Shown here in pieces: positions 1 to 13,900 of a stretch of 64,000 nt of DNA. The DNA comes from Cycas panzhihuaensis (Eukaryota; Plantae; Cycadophyta), in assembly GCA_023213395.1 (NCBI GenBank), contig CM041465.1, forward strand, positions 221,347,741-221,411,740. Direction: 5' to 3'. The translations under genes and the position numbers were made by a program. The notes beneath the pieces were generated by a model. The model searched no databases, had not been told where the DNA came from, and saw nothing but the letters and a program-made list of their open reading frames with translations. Positions within the stretch are counted from its first letter, which is position 1; each line of letters begins with the position of its first letter.

Positions 1-1140
1 TCTTAGTATTTAATTCTATTAGATAGAACAAGGCATTTATGTTTCATAGCCAAAATATATTTTAGACCCACTTAAAAAATTTAAAATGGAAACTTACAAA
101 CCATCACCAACTCTTATTCAGTCAAGAGTTAAGCGTATACTTCACTATGATTCTTTTTTAGTTAATGTCACTTTGTATTAATAGTTAGTTGATAGTCTTA
201 TCTACCTAGCCCACATACAACTCAATGTATATTATGTAGTTACTTTATATTCATATTTTATATAAGAACCACATGAATTATATTGTATAATAGCTAAGAG
301 AATCCTATACTATTTATAAGGTATTATTTACTATGCCCCCAATTATAATTATATTAACTAAGATCTTTAGTTGCTTAATTTTATAGATTTTGATTAAGTT
401 GGAGATATTGATGATTGTAAATCTACTATTAGTTATGTTTTCTTTCTTATTTCTATATTGATTACCTAGATGAGAATAAGAATATAGTTGCTTAGTTTTT
501 CTTTTATTGAAGGCAAATATCATGCTTTAATTAAAATTAGTAAAGAAGTCTTATGGATTAAATATATGCTTGATGAAATTGGTTTTCCTATTCTAACTTT
601 TGTAATAATTAATGTTGATATTTAGGGTGCTATCTCCATTACTATTAATGTTATTTATCATTTTAGGACCAAGTATATTGAGCTTCATCAACATTTCATC
701 CAAAATTTGGTTAAAGAAGACACTCTCTAATTGTACTATCTAACATATCAATAGGTTATTGATATCCTAAATAAATCTCATATTGAAATAAAAGTTTGTA
801 AAATTTTGACAACTCTAGTAGAAGAAGTCTCTATTAAGGGAGGAATGTACATGATAAAGCCTTCTTCATTAGCTTGTATATTCCCTAAGTCAATATTAAG
901 GGGAGATGTTAGAATATTAATTATGTAATTTAATAAAATGGATAAATAGATTATCTAATTACCCACATGTATATGAGACATAATTCATTGTGATATAATT
1001 TTATATTTTATATTATAGAATATTTAATAGTATTTTTTTTTACCCCTTTTAGGTCTTCCACCATAAATCTAGTGTTCCTCATGTGATTACAACTGATCCT
1101 ATACTATTTTGAATGTAAATATTTGATTTTATTTATTTCA
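1..1140 (+). mobile_element. 3' end of a decayed Ty1/Copia element (RT/RNaseH remnant, PPT, 3' LTR ~907-1140)
   Basis: ~666-700 reads RTKYIELHQHFI (Copia RNaseH RTKHI motif); PPT aaggggaga 898-906 followed by tgttag; LTR right end (tttca, 1140) is approximate. Confidence 0.75.
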
Positions 1141-1588
1141 TAAAAAATGCAATGGATCTAATAGACTTATATATGGTTAGTAAGAGAAAAGGTATAAAGT
1201 ACATCTATTATTCTTTAGAATTCATTTAGTACTAGCCATGTAACAACAATAAAAATATATACTAAGGCATACAAAGTTGTTGATTATATATAAAGGGATT
1301 ATAAATCTTTTTAAACATTAAAAAAAATATATTTCTAAGGTCAAGTGTTAGAAATTTTAATATAATATTAACACAGCCTAGATCATTAGCAAAAATAGAA
1401 TTTAATCGGTGATCAACATATTGCCACTAATGGAAATGTTAAAGATAGATATACCAATAAAAAGTCTAGACATATTATGAATAAATATAATATAGAATCA
1501 TTAAGGATAATTAACTTAAATTTAGAATATGAGACAATATCTAGAATATTTAGATTAGCAACTATTAAGATTTAAAAGTAGTTATAGG

Positions 1589-3775
1589 TGTTCAAATAAA
1601 ATGGAAGCATGTAACATAGACCCAATAATAAATAAGGAAGAATTAATATAGTAAGTGAAAGAATAAAGTAATAATCATAAGATAAATAAAGTATACATAA
1701 GATAAACACAAAGAATTATGGAAGAATGACTAAATTTTAAATTATATGAAAGATAGTGCATATACTTATAAAATAACTCACTACATATAAGAATTCTCAA
1801 AGGTCAACCATTATGTATTGTCACATGTTTTTACATGACACATAAATAAAAGTGACTAACAATATAATAATCTATAAATATATAAGAGAGTGTAAGTAGG
1901 GTGTAGATGTAATTAGATATTACACCCAACATTCCCCCTAATAATATATAATTATATTAAATAAAATATCATATTAAATGATAAATATAAGCCTTCAAAT
2001 TTTTCTAAATCAAGCTATTGCAAAGAAATATAAATTGTTGTTGATGTTTATATGAAATGAGCTCCATCCATTAGACTAAATAGGTAACCAACTGCTATGA
2101 CTATTGATCAACTAGGATGCTCATCTATATATTTGGTATAATTAATGCCGAGTCAACTCCACTTTGGTAACATGTTATCCTACATGGTTGAATAGGTAAG
2201 CTAAAGAATAATACGAAAGTACCATGAAGAAATAGATCCTACCTCTTATTAATATAGGATAATAAAGCACCTATCATCAACTATAATAATTGAAAACAAA
2301 GGCTAGTATGGCCTCATAAGAGCTCTATGGCCTCAAACAAGGATAATATGGTCTCAAACACACATCTATAGGCTTACAAATAGACTCAATGAAATTACAA
2401 ATTCCTCTATAGGCTTAAATATACCTTAATGACTTTGAAATATCCAATATTATAGTAAATACGATATAAAATATGGATGTGACTCAATAAAATTTTAAAT
2501 AGCTCTCTCTAAATGATATATTTTGACAAATTTAATGAAATATGGGTTCTCAAGAGCCTAAAATAAACTAATATAAGAAATTTGTATTTTACTCCCTTAT
2601 TTAAGATACATTATATCAATATAATATGTAACAAATAAAATGGAACCTTTAAAAATACATAAATATACTTGATTATGATGAAAACATCATAAAAGAATAA
2701 ATTTACTTTCTTTTTTAATTTAGGCTAAGTTTCCTACATCAAATCAACTCCAAAATATATCATGTGACTTGCGGAGTTGAAGAGCTCTTAATTATGAATC
2801 GAATACAACTGATGAAATTGAAATTAGAGTTTGTATGCTCAAGTTATTATTGAAATAGTAATGATGACTCTTTAAGAGGCTAAAAATAGGGGCTTAGCCC
2901 CTTTCGTGTTGGAGTTGTTGGTTGTTTGGCACCTCCATATAACTAATGGTTGACATTAAGGGGTTTTCGTAGAACTCAAAAAAATATCAAATATAGCTTA
3001 ATTCAATTTTATAAATTCAAATAAGATTAAATCATATTTATTAAATTTGACATCTGCCTAATGGATTTGAAAGATTATCAAATATAATTTAATTCAAAAT
3101 TTACCCTTTATTTTTATTTTCTTACTATTGAAAATTAATTTTTCCAAAAATTAAATATATTAGGATTTATTTAAAAAAAAAACTTTCTCTATTACAAGTC
3201 TATATATTACATTGGGGCAAGCAATAACATCCACATGTCATGCTATGTGTGTTTTCTTTATGTTGTCTAGCCTTATAGGCTTGTTGAGCTCTACTTCACT
3301 AGATTTTAAAAGGATTCTATATGCTCTTTAGTTCTCTAGAATCTTCCTTATAACCCCTTTTTTTAATGTTTGGTACGTTTAGACATCTAAGATTCTTCTT
3401 TGATGATGTTAGGCTGCTCATGATATTCTCTTACCATGGTTGTGACATCTGGTGCTTTCTTCTTTAAATAAGAAATCTAGAGGAGAGGGTAATATAAAAG
3501 TTAAGAAAAGTCCTTCACCTCTATCTTCAATGAAATTAACCTCTTTAGTTCTTTATCTTATATTATTGAAGGGTTACATGAGCTCCCACATCCATCTCTA
3601 TGGGTGATGACCTTATGTGATGTCGTTTTGCCATTTGTTTGATCTTTATAGGCTATGCAAGTTATGCCATCGTTCTCCACTATATTCGGCGCACTATGTT
3701 CCCTTTAGTGCATCTCTTACTTGTGAGGCCCATGAGGCTATTCTCATGAGCTTGGAAGCCCTTTATACATAAGGC

Positions 3776-3860
<85 letters not shown>

Positions 3861-4538
3861 GAAATGCCTCTATTTTGTACTATAGACAAACTCTAAAGGG
3901 TAAAATGATTTAGAGCTTGCTCTTTAGCCATATAGAAAAATATATTTTTCTCCTCTCTTTTTTTAAATCAAGCTTTTTCCTTATTGCTTGTTTTATTCTT
4001 TAATAAATATATATTTCAATATCATCATTCTTTTATAATATCAACAAAAAAGGTTATATAAAAAATGTTTTTAATATTTGATGGCTTTTTTATAGCCTTA
4101 AAACTAATAGTAGATCCCATTTCTGGGATACCTACAAAGGCCTCCAAGTTGAGGCATCAAACTAGTATTAAAAAATATTCTTCCTTCTTTTCTTAAGAAA
4201 TAAATTGGTTGCTTCCATAGGGTGATCAAGCCTACTTAAGCAGTTAATTTACCCATTTTTTTATAATAAAATATAACCTCAAAAGAGTATGTTAATGACC
4301 TTTTAAATCAGAATATGTATGTTATAGAAATGGTGCTACATGTACCTTAAAAGATGGTCACAAAATTTTATAAGTATACCCTTATTTTTATCATAAAATC
4401 TCTTCTACTATAACTTTAAAAATAGGCTCTATAACAACTTTAAAATAACCTTTAAACAACTTTAATACAACCTTTAATCATGACTAGAAATATGATGAAA
4501 TGACTTTAAAACCTTTATAAGATAGTAATAATATTAGC

Positions 4539-4569
<31 letters not shown>

Positions 4570-5090
4570 CATCAAAAAAGAACTCTCAAATAGCTTGAAA
4601 AATGACTATTCAAATGGACTAAATAAGTGACTAAAATAAGTACTAAACTAGTTCTTAAAACAACATTTAAATGGATATGAAATTTTAAAAGGAATAGACT
4701 CTACAACTATCCTCAAGGATTTGAAACTTGGGCTCTGATACCACTATATTGGAATAAGATTGTAAGCATGTAATATAGAATCAATAATAAATAATGATGA
4801 ATCAATATGATAAAATAAATAATGAAGCAATAAATACAATATAGATGAAACATACACAAGTTAAATATAAAGAATAATAGAAGAATGGACAAACTTTAAA
4901 TTATGTGAAAGATGATGTACATAGTTATAATACAACTCACTACATGTGAGAATTCTCAAAGGTCAACAATTATATGTTATCACATAGTTCTATATGGCAC
5001 ATAACTCAAGATAGCTAATAATATAATAATCTATAAATAAATGAGAATGCATGAATAGGGTGTGGATGTAATTATACATTACACCTAATA
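1589..5090 (-). mobile_element. Non-autonomous, internally deleted Copia-derived LTR element
   Basis: Direct repeats 1589-1931 and 4747-5090; PBS complement ggctctgatacca 4731-4743 region; PPT complement ttccccct 1932-1939; TSD atagg/ataga; short decayed RT/RNaseH remnants on minus strand ~1990-2280. Confidence 0.85.
3776..3855. repeat. Compound microsatellite (CT)n(TA)n(CA)n
   Basis: Direct reading. Confidence 0.97.
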
Positions 5091-7189
5091 ATAGAAACCT
5101 ATAAAATTTTAGAGAATTTAAAGATTATTAGAATATAATCTACATTCAAAGTAATTGGCTAAATAAAAGGTCATGTATAATTAGTTGACATAAAGGCCAA
5201 ATATTATTAGTTATAAGTGAGGTAAATAATCCCACATATGCCCACAACATGATTATAAATATACATATAAGGTGATATGTAAGAAGATTAATATTAAAGT
5301 CCATAATGGCAATATTCTGATAGTATTTTATCATTTCTATTTATGATATCATGTGGTTACATTCTTAACTTAGTATCTGAGTGGTTGGTAAAGACAAGAA
5401 GCTGAAATGTGGTGATATAATAATGTTCTACCTAATTAAATACTACTAGTTATTGTCATTTGAAGCTTATTTCATAAGTAAAAAATTTATTAATTTAATC
5501 AATTTATTTGCTTCTTGATATTCTATTGATGCTTGAAGTTAATCATTAAGGGTTCCATAGTTAAATAAATCTTATCAAAAGCCTATTTCTATGATCCAAT
5601 ATACTTGACTATTTATGAAAGTGGTAAATCCATTTAAACCTATTAAATTTCATGCCCAAGAACCAAAAAGGTCTTCATCTTATTTTAACTCATTTAAGTT
5701 CATTCAAAATTATTTTCTCTTCTATTTGATAATATTTTTAATCTATTCCTCATTAATTTTTGCCCACATTGATACTATTCTTCTTCACCCATTTCACCAC
5801 TTTATTTATCACTATAAATACCACTTTGTTCATGTCTAAATTACTCAACTATGAAAACAAGTCCATTTGGCCATCTACCCTCTTTATTTCATATAACTAT
5901 TTATCCTTGTTTAAAACCCTACCTATGAAAAACCATTCTGCATGCCTTGTGTAAGTCCTTATGTGATATACTTCTATGATAGATCTACTTAAGACTCCTG
6001 CAAGAAAAAAGAGAATGAATTCTATCATACATGCTACCTATGTGGTGTGTAACTTTACAAGTGATCTCCAAATGATCTTACTCCCTGTTAACATGATGTT
6101 CTAATTAACATAAATACCAAAGTGAGCCTGGCAACTCTACTTTATGCTTAGTGACCCTGCTTTGTGCCTTGTACCAACCCAACTTCCTTTATATCCATCG
6201 GCGTCTCTTGCAACTTATTCACATTGCCTCTAAAGGCTATAATTCCCTAAAAAATTTCACTTGTATGCTCCACTCTTGTGACTCTATTATGTAATGAAGT
6301 TATGTTAACATTGCCTTCGCTTAAGCTCCTATATCAAAGCACAAATATCATCTATAAAGGCTTACCCAAGTAGATTGAAGGCTTTGACAAAGATTATTTA
6401 GAATTTTAATTGATTTTTACTTTTAAAAAAATATAGATTCATCACTCGTTGTATATTAGTTAAAGGTCATACTAAATATTTGACCTAAGTGTATTATTTT
6501 TACAAAGTTTTTTATATATTAAGCTAAATTAGAATCCAATTTAAAGTTCATAAATCTCTCTTCATTATAGGCCCTAGTCATATGCAATCTCTAGGTAATC
6601 TTAACTAAAGGGAAAAAGGGTTAAATGCCCTACATTTTTTCTGGGTCAATTTTTGAGGTGCATGTACTCTTTTGATCATAACTTTGTAATAAGGAGTTTA
6701 ATTTATGAACTATCTAAACCATTGGAATTGTAATTTAGATATGGTTATTTTGATAGATACCTTGAAGGTATTTTGGAGCTATTTTCATTAATAAAAGTTT
6801 AGTTCAATTTGATACTTTATTTAGAGCCTAACATGGTAGCCAACAAAGAAAATTTTCATGAAATTTGATGATTATTTTGACATAATTTTTAAGAAATATT
6901 TCGTGAATATTAAAACTTAATTTTTTGCTCTTGGAAAAGTTTATTTTAAACCCTAATGGTGGATTAACTAAGATCATTAATAAAGTTTTAAACAGGTAGA
7001 ATTTAGTCCTAATTGAAGGGATATGTGATGGTGAATATCTCATTTTGAAGGGATACATGTATGGTTGATTATGCTTGCTCTTAGTACTCATAATTATGAT
7101 CATGATTATTTTGCATTTGTGGTTGATTTACATATCTTGGTTTCTTATCTTTATTTATAATGGATCCCTCATTACCATCAATTACTACT

Positions 7190-8616
7190 TTAAATTTGTT
7201 GATAATTCTTCAGTTTGATGGATGGAATTACTTTTTGTACTCAAGAAGAATTAAATTCACTTTGCAATTTAGGTAATTATGGAAGACTATTTCTAAAGGT
7301 TTTACTATTCATGTTCTTGTTTCTCCTACAACTCAATTAACTCTTTATGAAGAGAAACTTAAAGATGAACTTGAAAGGAAAGATAATGAAGCACTTTCCT
7401 TTATTTTTTCTACTATTCATAATTATAGAGAAATAACTAAGAGGAATAATATAATAACAAAACTTAAAATATTGTGAAAAGTAAATAAGTAATAAATTCA
7501 ACCATATAAATAAGGAATAACTAGAGATTTAGGTCTAAGCATAGACCATTTTATTAATTTGAGTAATAACTAAAAAATTATAAGAGAAATCCCAACTCTC
7601 TTCTTATCTACTAATCCAATCTTTTTACAAGTGTCATTACAGAAGTATATATCAACATAATTTTATAAGATACTACTTTACAATTAGATAAATACAATAG
7701 ACATAAACCACAGGTTGTAAAAGACCCCCATAAGACTCCTAAAAGTTTTTCTGGGGGCTCTCACATCAATATCTTTAAACCCCCCAAAGGGGCTCGAGTG
7801 TAATATGTATACCTATATAACACTTACAAAGTATTTAATATATCTAATAATGATATCATATTTCCTCATATTTGTAATCTTACTACTTCTAATAATGCTT
7901 GGAATACTTTAAAAACTTCATTTAAAGGAGGTACTAATACTAGAATTTAGCACTTAAGAATAAACTTTAAAGATCTCAAAATATCTTGTTTTGAATCTAT
8001 CAATACATTTTTCACTAGAGTTTAAAATATTATAAATTAATTAAATTCATTAGGTGAATAAGTTCCTAAATAAAGATTTGCAGAAAAGATTTTGAGAAGT
8101 ATTAGAGAGATAAAGAAACTTAAAACTATAACTACAATAATTAAAGTAATAAAGGACTTATCAACATTAAAGATTGTTAAGTTACCCTTCATGCTATTGA
8201 TAGAAGAAGAAAAGAAAAGTTTAATTGATACTTTAAAATAAGCCTTTGCTTCTAAGGCAATCATGAGGGGAAAATTTAGGAGACCACAAAAGTAAGCTCA
8301 AGGACCAACATCAATGCCAACACTAGTTTTTGGACTAAGACTAGCATTAACATCATCACTGATATTAATATATGGAAAAGGTAATTTTGTATATGGAAAA
8401 GGATAATTTTATATAGAAAGAGAAAGATCAAGAGGAAGAAGTTCATCAAAAGGAAGAGGAATAACACCATCTAGAGGAATTGGAAGAGGAATAGGATTCG
8501 TTGTAAACTCCTATAAATATAGAATACAAGGACATTTTTTATGTGAATATCATAAAGATAATATGGCCAATACAATAATATAAATGAAAATATTTTCTAA
8601 ATAAGTTTGAATGTTC
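7190..8616 (+). pseudogene. gag: Copia gag (split by the solo LTR, cut by the LINE)
   Basis: IILQFDGWNYF-like start, KDNEALS, NAWNTLKTSFKG, RG-rich tract and degenerate knuckle; colinear with the gag at 45810(-). Confidence 0.8.
7424..7849. mobile_element. Solo LTR (~426 bp) inserted in gag
   Basis: Interrupts gag between STIH and DIIFPHI; ends tatagag...ctaata (decayed TG..CA); TSD ataat/atgat. Confidence 0.7.
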
Positions 8617-8633
8617 AATCTTCTAATAAGAAC

Positions 8634-8923
8634 AAGGGGGTGTAAGGAGCTGAGTTGGTAAGGCTGAGGCTTAGTTAGACACTTATGAGGCAGTGATGCT
8701 TGGTTTTGAGTCACACTGCATTGCATTTGCACTTTAACAGGTTTCAGGTTGCTGAGCAACTCTAAACCACCTCCTTTTAAGGGGGTGTAAAGAGCCGAGT
8801 TGGTAAGCTTGAGGCTTAGTTAGACACTTATGAGGCAAGGCTGCTCAATTTCGAGTCATGTTGCATTGTATTTACACTTTAATAGGTTTCAAGTTGCTTA
8901 GTAACTCTGAACCACCTCCTTTC
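8634..8923 (+). repeat. Two tandem 145-bp monomers at the LINE 5' end
   Basis: 8634-8778 and 8779-8923 both start aagggggtgtaa and end ccacctcctt. Confidence 0.93.
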
Positions 8924-9639
8924 GTAGTGGATGTTGGAAAGGCAAGGAGACGGGACTATTAGCATATTTCTGGCTAGGGTTTGTGTAGGCATTGAGGCAG
9001 CGGTGAACCAGTTCGGGGCTGAGGTCATCTCTAGTAGCTCTGAGGAGGGAAGGGCACATGGTTGCCCAACTGTAGGTAGGCCCGAAGTGGCCAGGATTGA
9101 AGCTAGACTCCAAACAGTAGAAGGCGATGCGATTAAAGGAGGCCCAGAGGCTTATTTTCTGGTAAGGCATCACTATACATGGACGTTAACAGTACGGGGC
9201 CTTCACTATGGTGGTACAAGCAGGGGAGGAGCTTTACCCTCTGTAGGTCCTGGTTTTTATGCATGTAGCAAGATGATATGGGAGGTGCCTTATGTGAACC
9301 GCGAGGAGCCAAATCTACAAGGTAAAGAACTTCAACGGGGAAGGACTTTAGGGCAACACCCAGATTTTCATTCAAAAGAGATCTAGTACGATGGATGGGC
9401 ATGTGGATTAGAGGTGGAAAATCTCCATCTAGGAAGGAACAAGCCCTTAGTAGGACACAGATAAACATTAGGGGATCGAGGGGTCAGCCTGGTGTAGTGT
9501 TCCTTCATCCCATAATAGAAGTATTCTCATTTTGTGGAGAGAAGATGGTGGCAGAGATTAGTTTTTCTAGAGGTAAGGATATAAAGATCTATTTATGTCT
9601 TTAGGCTATGTTTTTTAAGTTTTATATTTTCAAATGGAG

Positions 9640-10870
9640 AAGAAACATAATGACCAAACTCAGTCCTCTCCTCTGGGAAGGACATACCTTGAGGCCTTGA
9701 GAAATGAAATATCAAAGGAATTTGTTATAAAACTGGTGGTGAAGGATAACCGAATAAAAATCTCAGTTCTAAAGGAATTAACGGAGAAAACTATTCAATA
9801 CTAGGAAAATAGCTTAGTGGGGAGATTTGCGGGACCTGGACCTGGGTTGGATATTATTAGGGAATGGACCAGAAATAAGTGGAAAACAAAAAATCATGTG
9901 GAGGTGATGGCCATGCCTAAGGGGTGTGTACTCTTTAGGTTCATAAACTAAGAAGATATGATTATTTCCCTTTTAAAATCCCCATGGATGCTTGGAAGAA
10001 AAGCTTTGACTTTGGAGAAATGGCATCCAGATTTTGATCTGGTTGTTCCCCAGGTTAAACAAGCTCCAATTTGGGTATAGATGCATGGGCTTCCATTGCA
10101 TTTTTGGAACCTAGAAAGGTGCGACAAGTGGAGTAGGATCTTTATTGGTAACAGATTCAGCAACAAAGAATAGATCTCGTTTGACCAATGCTAGGTTCTA
10201 TGTCCTGGCTAGCCTCGATAAAGACCTTCCAGAGGAGGTGGATATTGAGTCAAGGGGATGGGAATTTTCCCAAAAGCTAGAATATGAATTGGAGCATTTC
10301 AAATACCCACGATGCAGATGTATGAGGCACCTTCCGTCCAAGTGCTTGGGAATAAATATGGGTAGAATTAATAAGGAAGGGGGATATAAAGAGGAAAAAG
10401 CTAAAGAAATAAGTACAGTCCCAAATAAGAGTACAGTACAAGATGAGGTAGGGAAGGTAAGTCTGTCTGGAGAACCCAAAAGTCCTGTGGGTCCGGTGAT
10501 CTTCAAAGAAGGACAACATGTGTTAGATGGACATATGGGAGAACTGAGAACCTCCCAGATGACAGGCAAACTAGACCAAGAGAAAATAAAAGGAATCAAT
10601 TGGGAAGAGGAAGATTATCTCTCAAAAGAAGATATGCGAAGGCCTCAGGCCCTAGACCAGGAGGTGGCAAACCCCCCAGCTGAGGAGGGAAAGATGCAGG
10701 AGGATCAGGATACTTGTCCTAGGGATGGGAGGGCTGAGGAGCCAAGGAACGTAGGAATAGGATCTCGTAAATAGGTCATAAAGGACAAAGGAGGTCTGAT
10801 GGAGATGAAGAGAGCTCCTGATTTTGGTATTAAGAAAAGGGTAGGGAGGTGAGGGAAAAGGAAGTAGCAT
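9640..10870 (+). pseudogene. LINE ORF1 (DUF4283/RRM-like plus zinc-knuckle remnant)
   Basis: NSLVGRF..IREWTRNKWK..PWMLGRKALTLEKWHPDFD..APIWVxMHGLPLHFWN, then EYE..CRCMRHLPSKC; start uncertain. Confidence 0.82.
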
Positions 10871-10980
10871 CCCAGATTGATATGGGATACCAAAGTATTC
10901 TAAAGGAGGGGCGGGGGGGTGATCGAAGGCCCACTCCTTAGGAGCAGGAGAGGTGATTGTTAGGGGGGGGGTGATTAGTT

Positions 10981-13900
10981 ATGAGGGCCCTTTCCTAGAA
11001 TATTAGGAGCTCAAATACCCCAACAAAGCAAAGATTAGCGAAGGAACTGGGATCTAGGGTAGGTGTAGATCTAATTCTTTTACAGGAAACAAAGTTGATC
11101 CAGGCAAAGGAACGAGAGGTAAAATGCAAGATATGGAGTAGGGGTGAAATGAGGACTAAGGAAGGAGCTATGGGTTCGGGGGGGCTCACTGTCCTCTAGA
11201 ACCCTAGTTTGTAGCAGGGATCGAGATTTGCTCAGGGAGAGCATTTCATCACAGTGTGATTGGCCTACAAAAGGATAAATACCTGATGGTGGGTTACAAA
11301 TGTTTATGCTCCTATGACAGTGGAGGGTAGAAAATGATTATGGGACAATTTAGTAGAGATCCACAAGGATTGGAAAGGCTCATGGGTAGTAGCTAGGGAT
11401 TTCATCTCAGCTCTATTACCTAAGGATAAGAAAGGGGGGCAAGAAGGGTGGTCCAGAGGTATGTCTAACCTCAAAGATTTCTTACAAAGTGGTGGGCTTA
11501 TGGATATCCCCCTTAGGGGGGCCAAGTATACATGGTCAAACAGGAGATTGGGGCTCAATCATATTTAGAGGAAGCTAGATAGGGTATTAGCCAATTTTGA
11601 GTGGGTCCGAAGTCAAGGGGATTTTAAGCTTGAGGCTCTCCCAAAAATGGCCTCTAATCCCTCTCCTCTTTTGTTGGAGTTCTCATCCCTAGATAAGTAT
11701 TGAGGGGCTCAATTTTATTTTGAATGCATGTGGATGCAACATCCTGATCTCAAAACAAAGATTAAGGAGTGGTGGAGCATTCCCATTGAGGGGTATGCTA
11801 TGTTTAGGTTTTCAAAGAAGTTGAATTGGATCAAAAGACAGATAAAAGTATGGAATAAAGAGGAGTTTGGAAACATCTTTGAAGTTAAAGGAAGATTACT
11901 GGAGGACTTGAAAAGGGTCTAACAAAGGATTCAAGAAGAGGGAAGATTGAATCCCCTGGATTAAGCAGAACGATTAACCATGAAAGAACTAGAAGAGGTG
12001 TTGGTCAAGGAGGAAATTCACTGGAAGTAAAAGTCTAGGGAGCTCTAGGTCGCAAGGGGGGACATGAATACCAAGTTCTTTCATATGTCGACAATGAAAC
12101 ATAAAGCCTATAGCAAGATTAGTAAATTGTAGAGCAAGGAGGGATCTATTTATGAGTCAGAAGAACAAATTAGAGACACTACAATGGGGTATTTCAAAGA
12201 TCTTTTTGAGGAACCTAGATGTCAAGACCTGGATTCTTGGTCGAGTATGTTGAGATGCATTCTAAGGCTAATAAACGATGCTCAAAATAGGAAGCTGACA
12301 TAACCATTCACTTTAGAGGAAGTTGAGAAAGCATTGTTTAGCATGGGTCAGGATAAAGCGCCAGATCCAGATGGCTTATCCCCAAGTTTCTTCTAGGAAT
12401 ACTGGGACATTATTAAGGATGAGTTGAAAGAAGCATTGAATGACTTCTTTGAGAGGAAGACAATCCTGAAAGAATGGCAGTCCACTTTCTTGGTTTTAAT
12501 TCCCAAAAAAGTGGGTGCAGAAGGTATGGAGAACTTTAGACCTATAAGCTTGTATAATGTCAAGTACAAAATTCTGGAAAAAGTATTAGTTAACTGTCTC
12601 AAGGAGTGTTTATCGATTATTATCTCTTCGAACCAAGATGGGTTTGTTAAGGGTAGACAGATCATGGACGATATAATTACGGTCCATGAGACGATCCACT
12701 TGACCCACCATAGGAAAGAGGTAGGTATGATAGTGAAAATTGATATGTCAAAAGCCTACGATAGGGTAGCTTGGGATTGCCTCATCAATTATTTAAAGGC
12801 ATTTAGTTTTGGGGAGACCTGGAGGGAGTGGATGAGGTGTTGTATCCTTAGTCCTTCGTTTCCGGTGTTGATCAATGGTTCGTCGACTGCCTTTTTCTCT
12901 AGATCGAGGGGACTGAGGCAAGGAGATCCTCTATCACCCTATCTCTCTATTATAATGGCAGAAATGTTAGGAAGGGCTACTAAGGAGGACAAGGGGATCG
13001 GATGGGTGACTGGTCTTAGGCCCTCATCGAACTTGGAAAATATTATCCATCACCAGTTTGTCGATTATAACACTTTTCTAGGTAAAGCTGCTATTGGGGA
13101 GGCCAGGGCCTTGAAGGAAGGCCTTCAGGTATTCGAGAGAGCTTCTAATCAGAGAATCAATAGGGAGAAAAGTTCCATATTTTTCATTAACACTTTGGAA
13201 AGGCTTCAGACGAAAATTAGTAGAGTATTGGAGATCCCAATCAGGATGCTCTCGTCCACTTATTTGGGGATGCCTCTTTTTGTGGGATACATGAGCAAGG
13301 ACCTCTGGAACCCCATTGTGGGTAAGATCCATAGGAAGTTGGCTAGGTGGAAAGGGGCCTTGCTCAGCTTAGTAAGTAAAATACAGTTAGTCATGGCTTC
13401 CTTATAGAGTATTCCTGTGTACATGATGTCCCTCTTTAAGATGTTGAGCAAGATTATCTCAATAGTAGAGGGCATCATAAAATGTTTTCTTTGGTCAGGT
13501 TCTGAGGAGAAAAACATAATAGATCTGGTCTTATGGAAGAAGGCATGCAAGCCTAGATGGGTAAGGGGTCTTAATGTTAGAAGAATTGGATCTTTCATTA
13601 GAGCCCTCATAGCAAAGTTGGGATGGAGACTAGCAAAGAGGAAGGTACTTAGTAGGGTAACATTGTGGCTAAAAAATATCTAGGGGCAAACATTTCTTAA
13701 AAGATGAGGTGGAGGGGGTAAAGGGTTCCCTCATCTGGAAAGGCCTCCTATTTTCAAAGGTGATCTTGAGGAATGACCTCAGATGGAAATTAGGTAATGG
13801 AGAAAGTACCAGGTTTTGGCAGGACAAATGGTATGGCAATTCCTTTTTGAAAGACTCCCCATCCTTTGGCAACCTGGAGAGGACCTGTGAGGAAACATAT

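Noticed and set aside
2323-2340. LYGLKQ Copia RT motif on + strand
   Set aside because: Opposite to the element's orientation, has no flanking RT context, and is part of a local ~20-bp degenerate repeat
8634-8923. Hammerhead ribozyme in the LINE monomers
   Set aside because: No CUGANGA..GAAA core in the right order on either strand by eye
10903-10972. G-quadruplex in the LINE inter-ORF region
   Set aside because: G-runs are unevenly spaced in a generally purine-rich strand; no independent support
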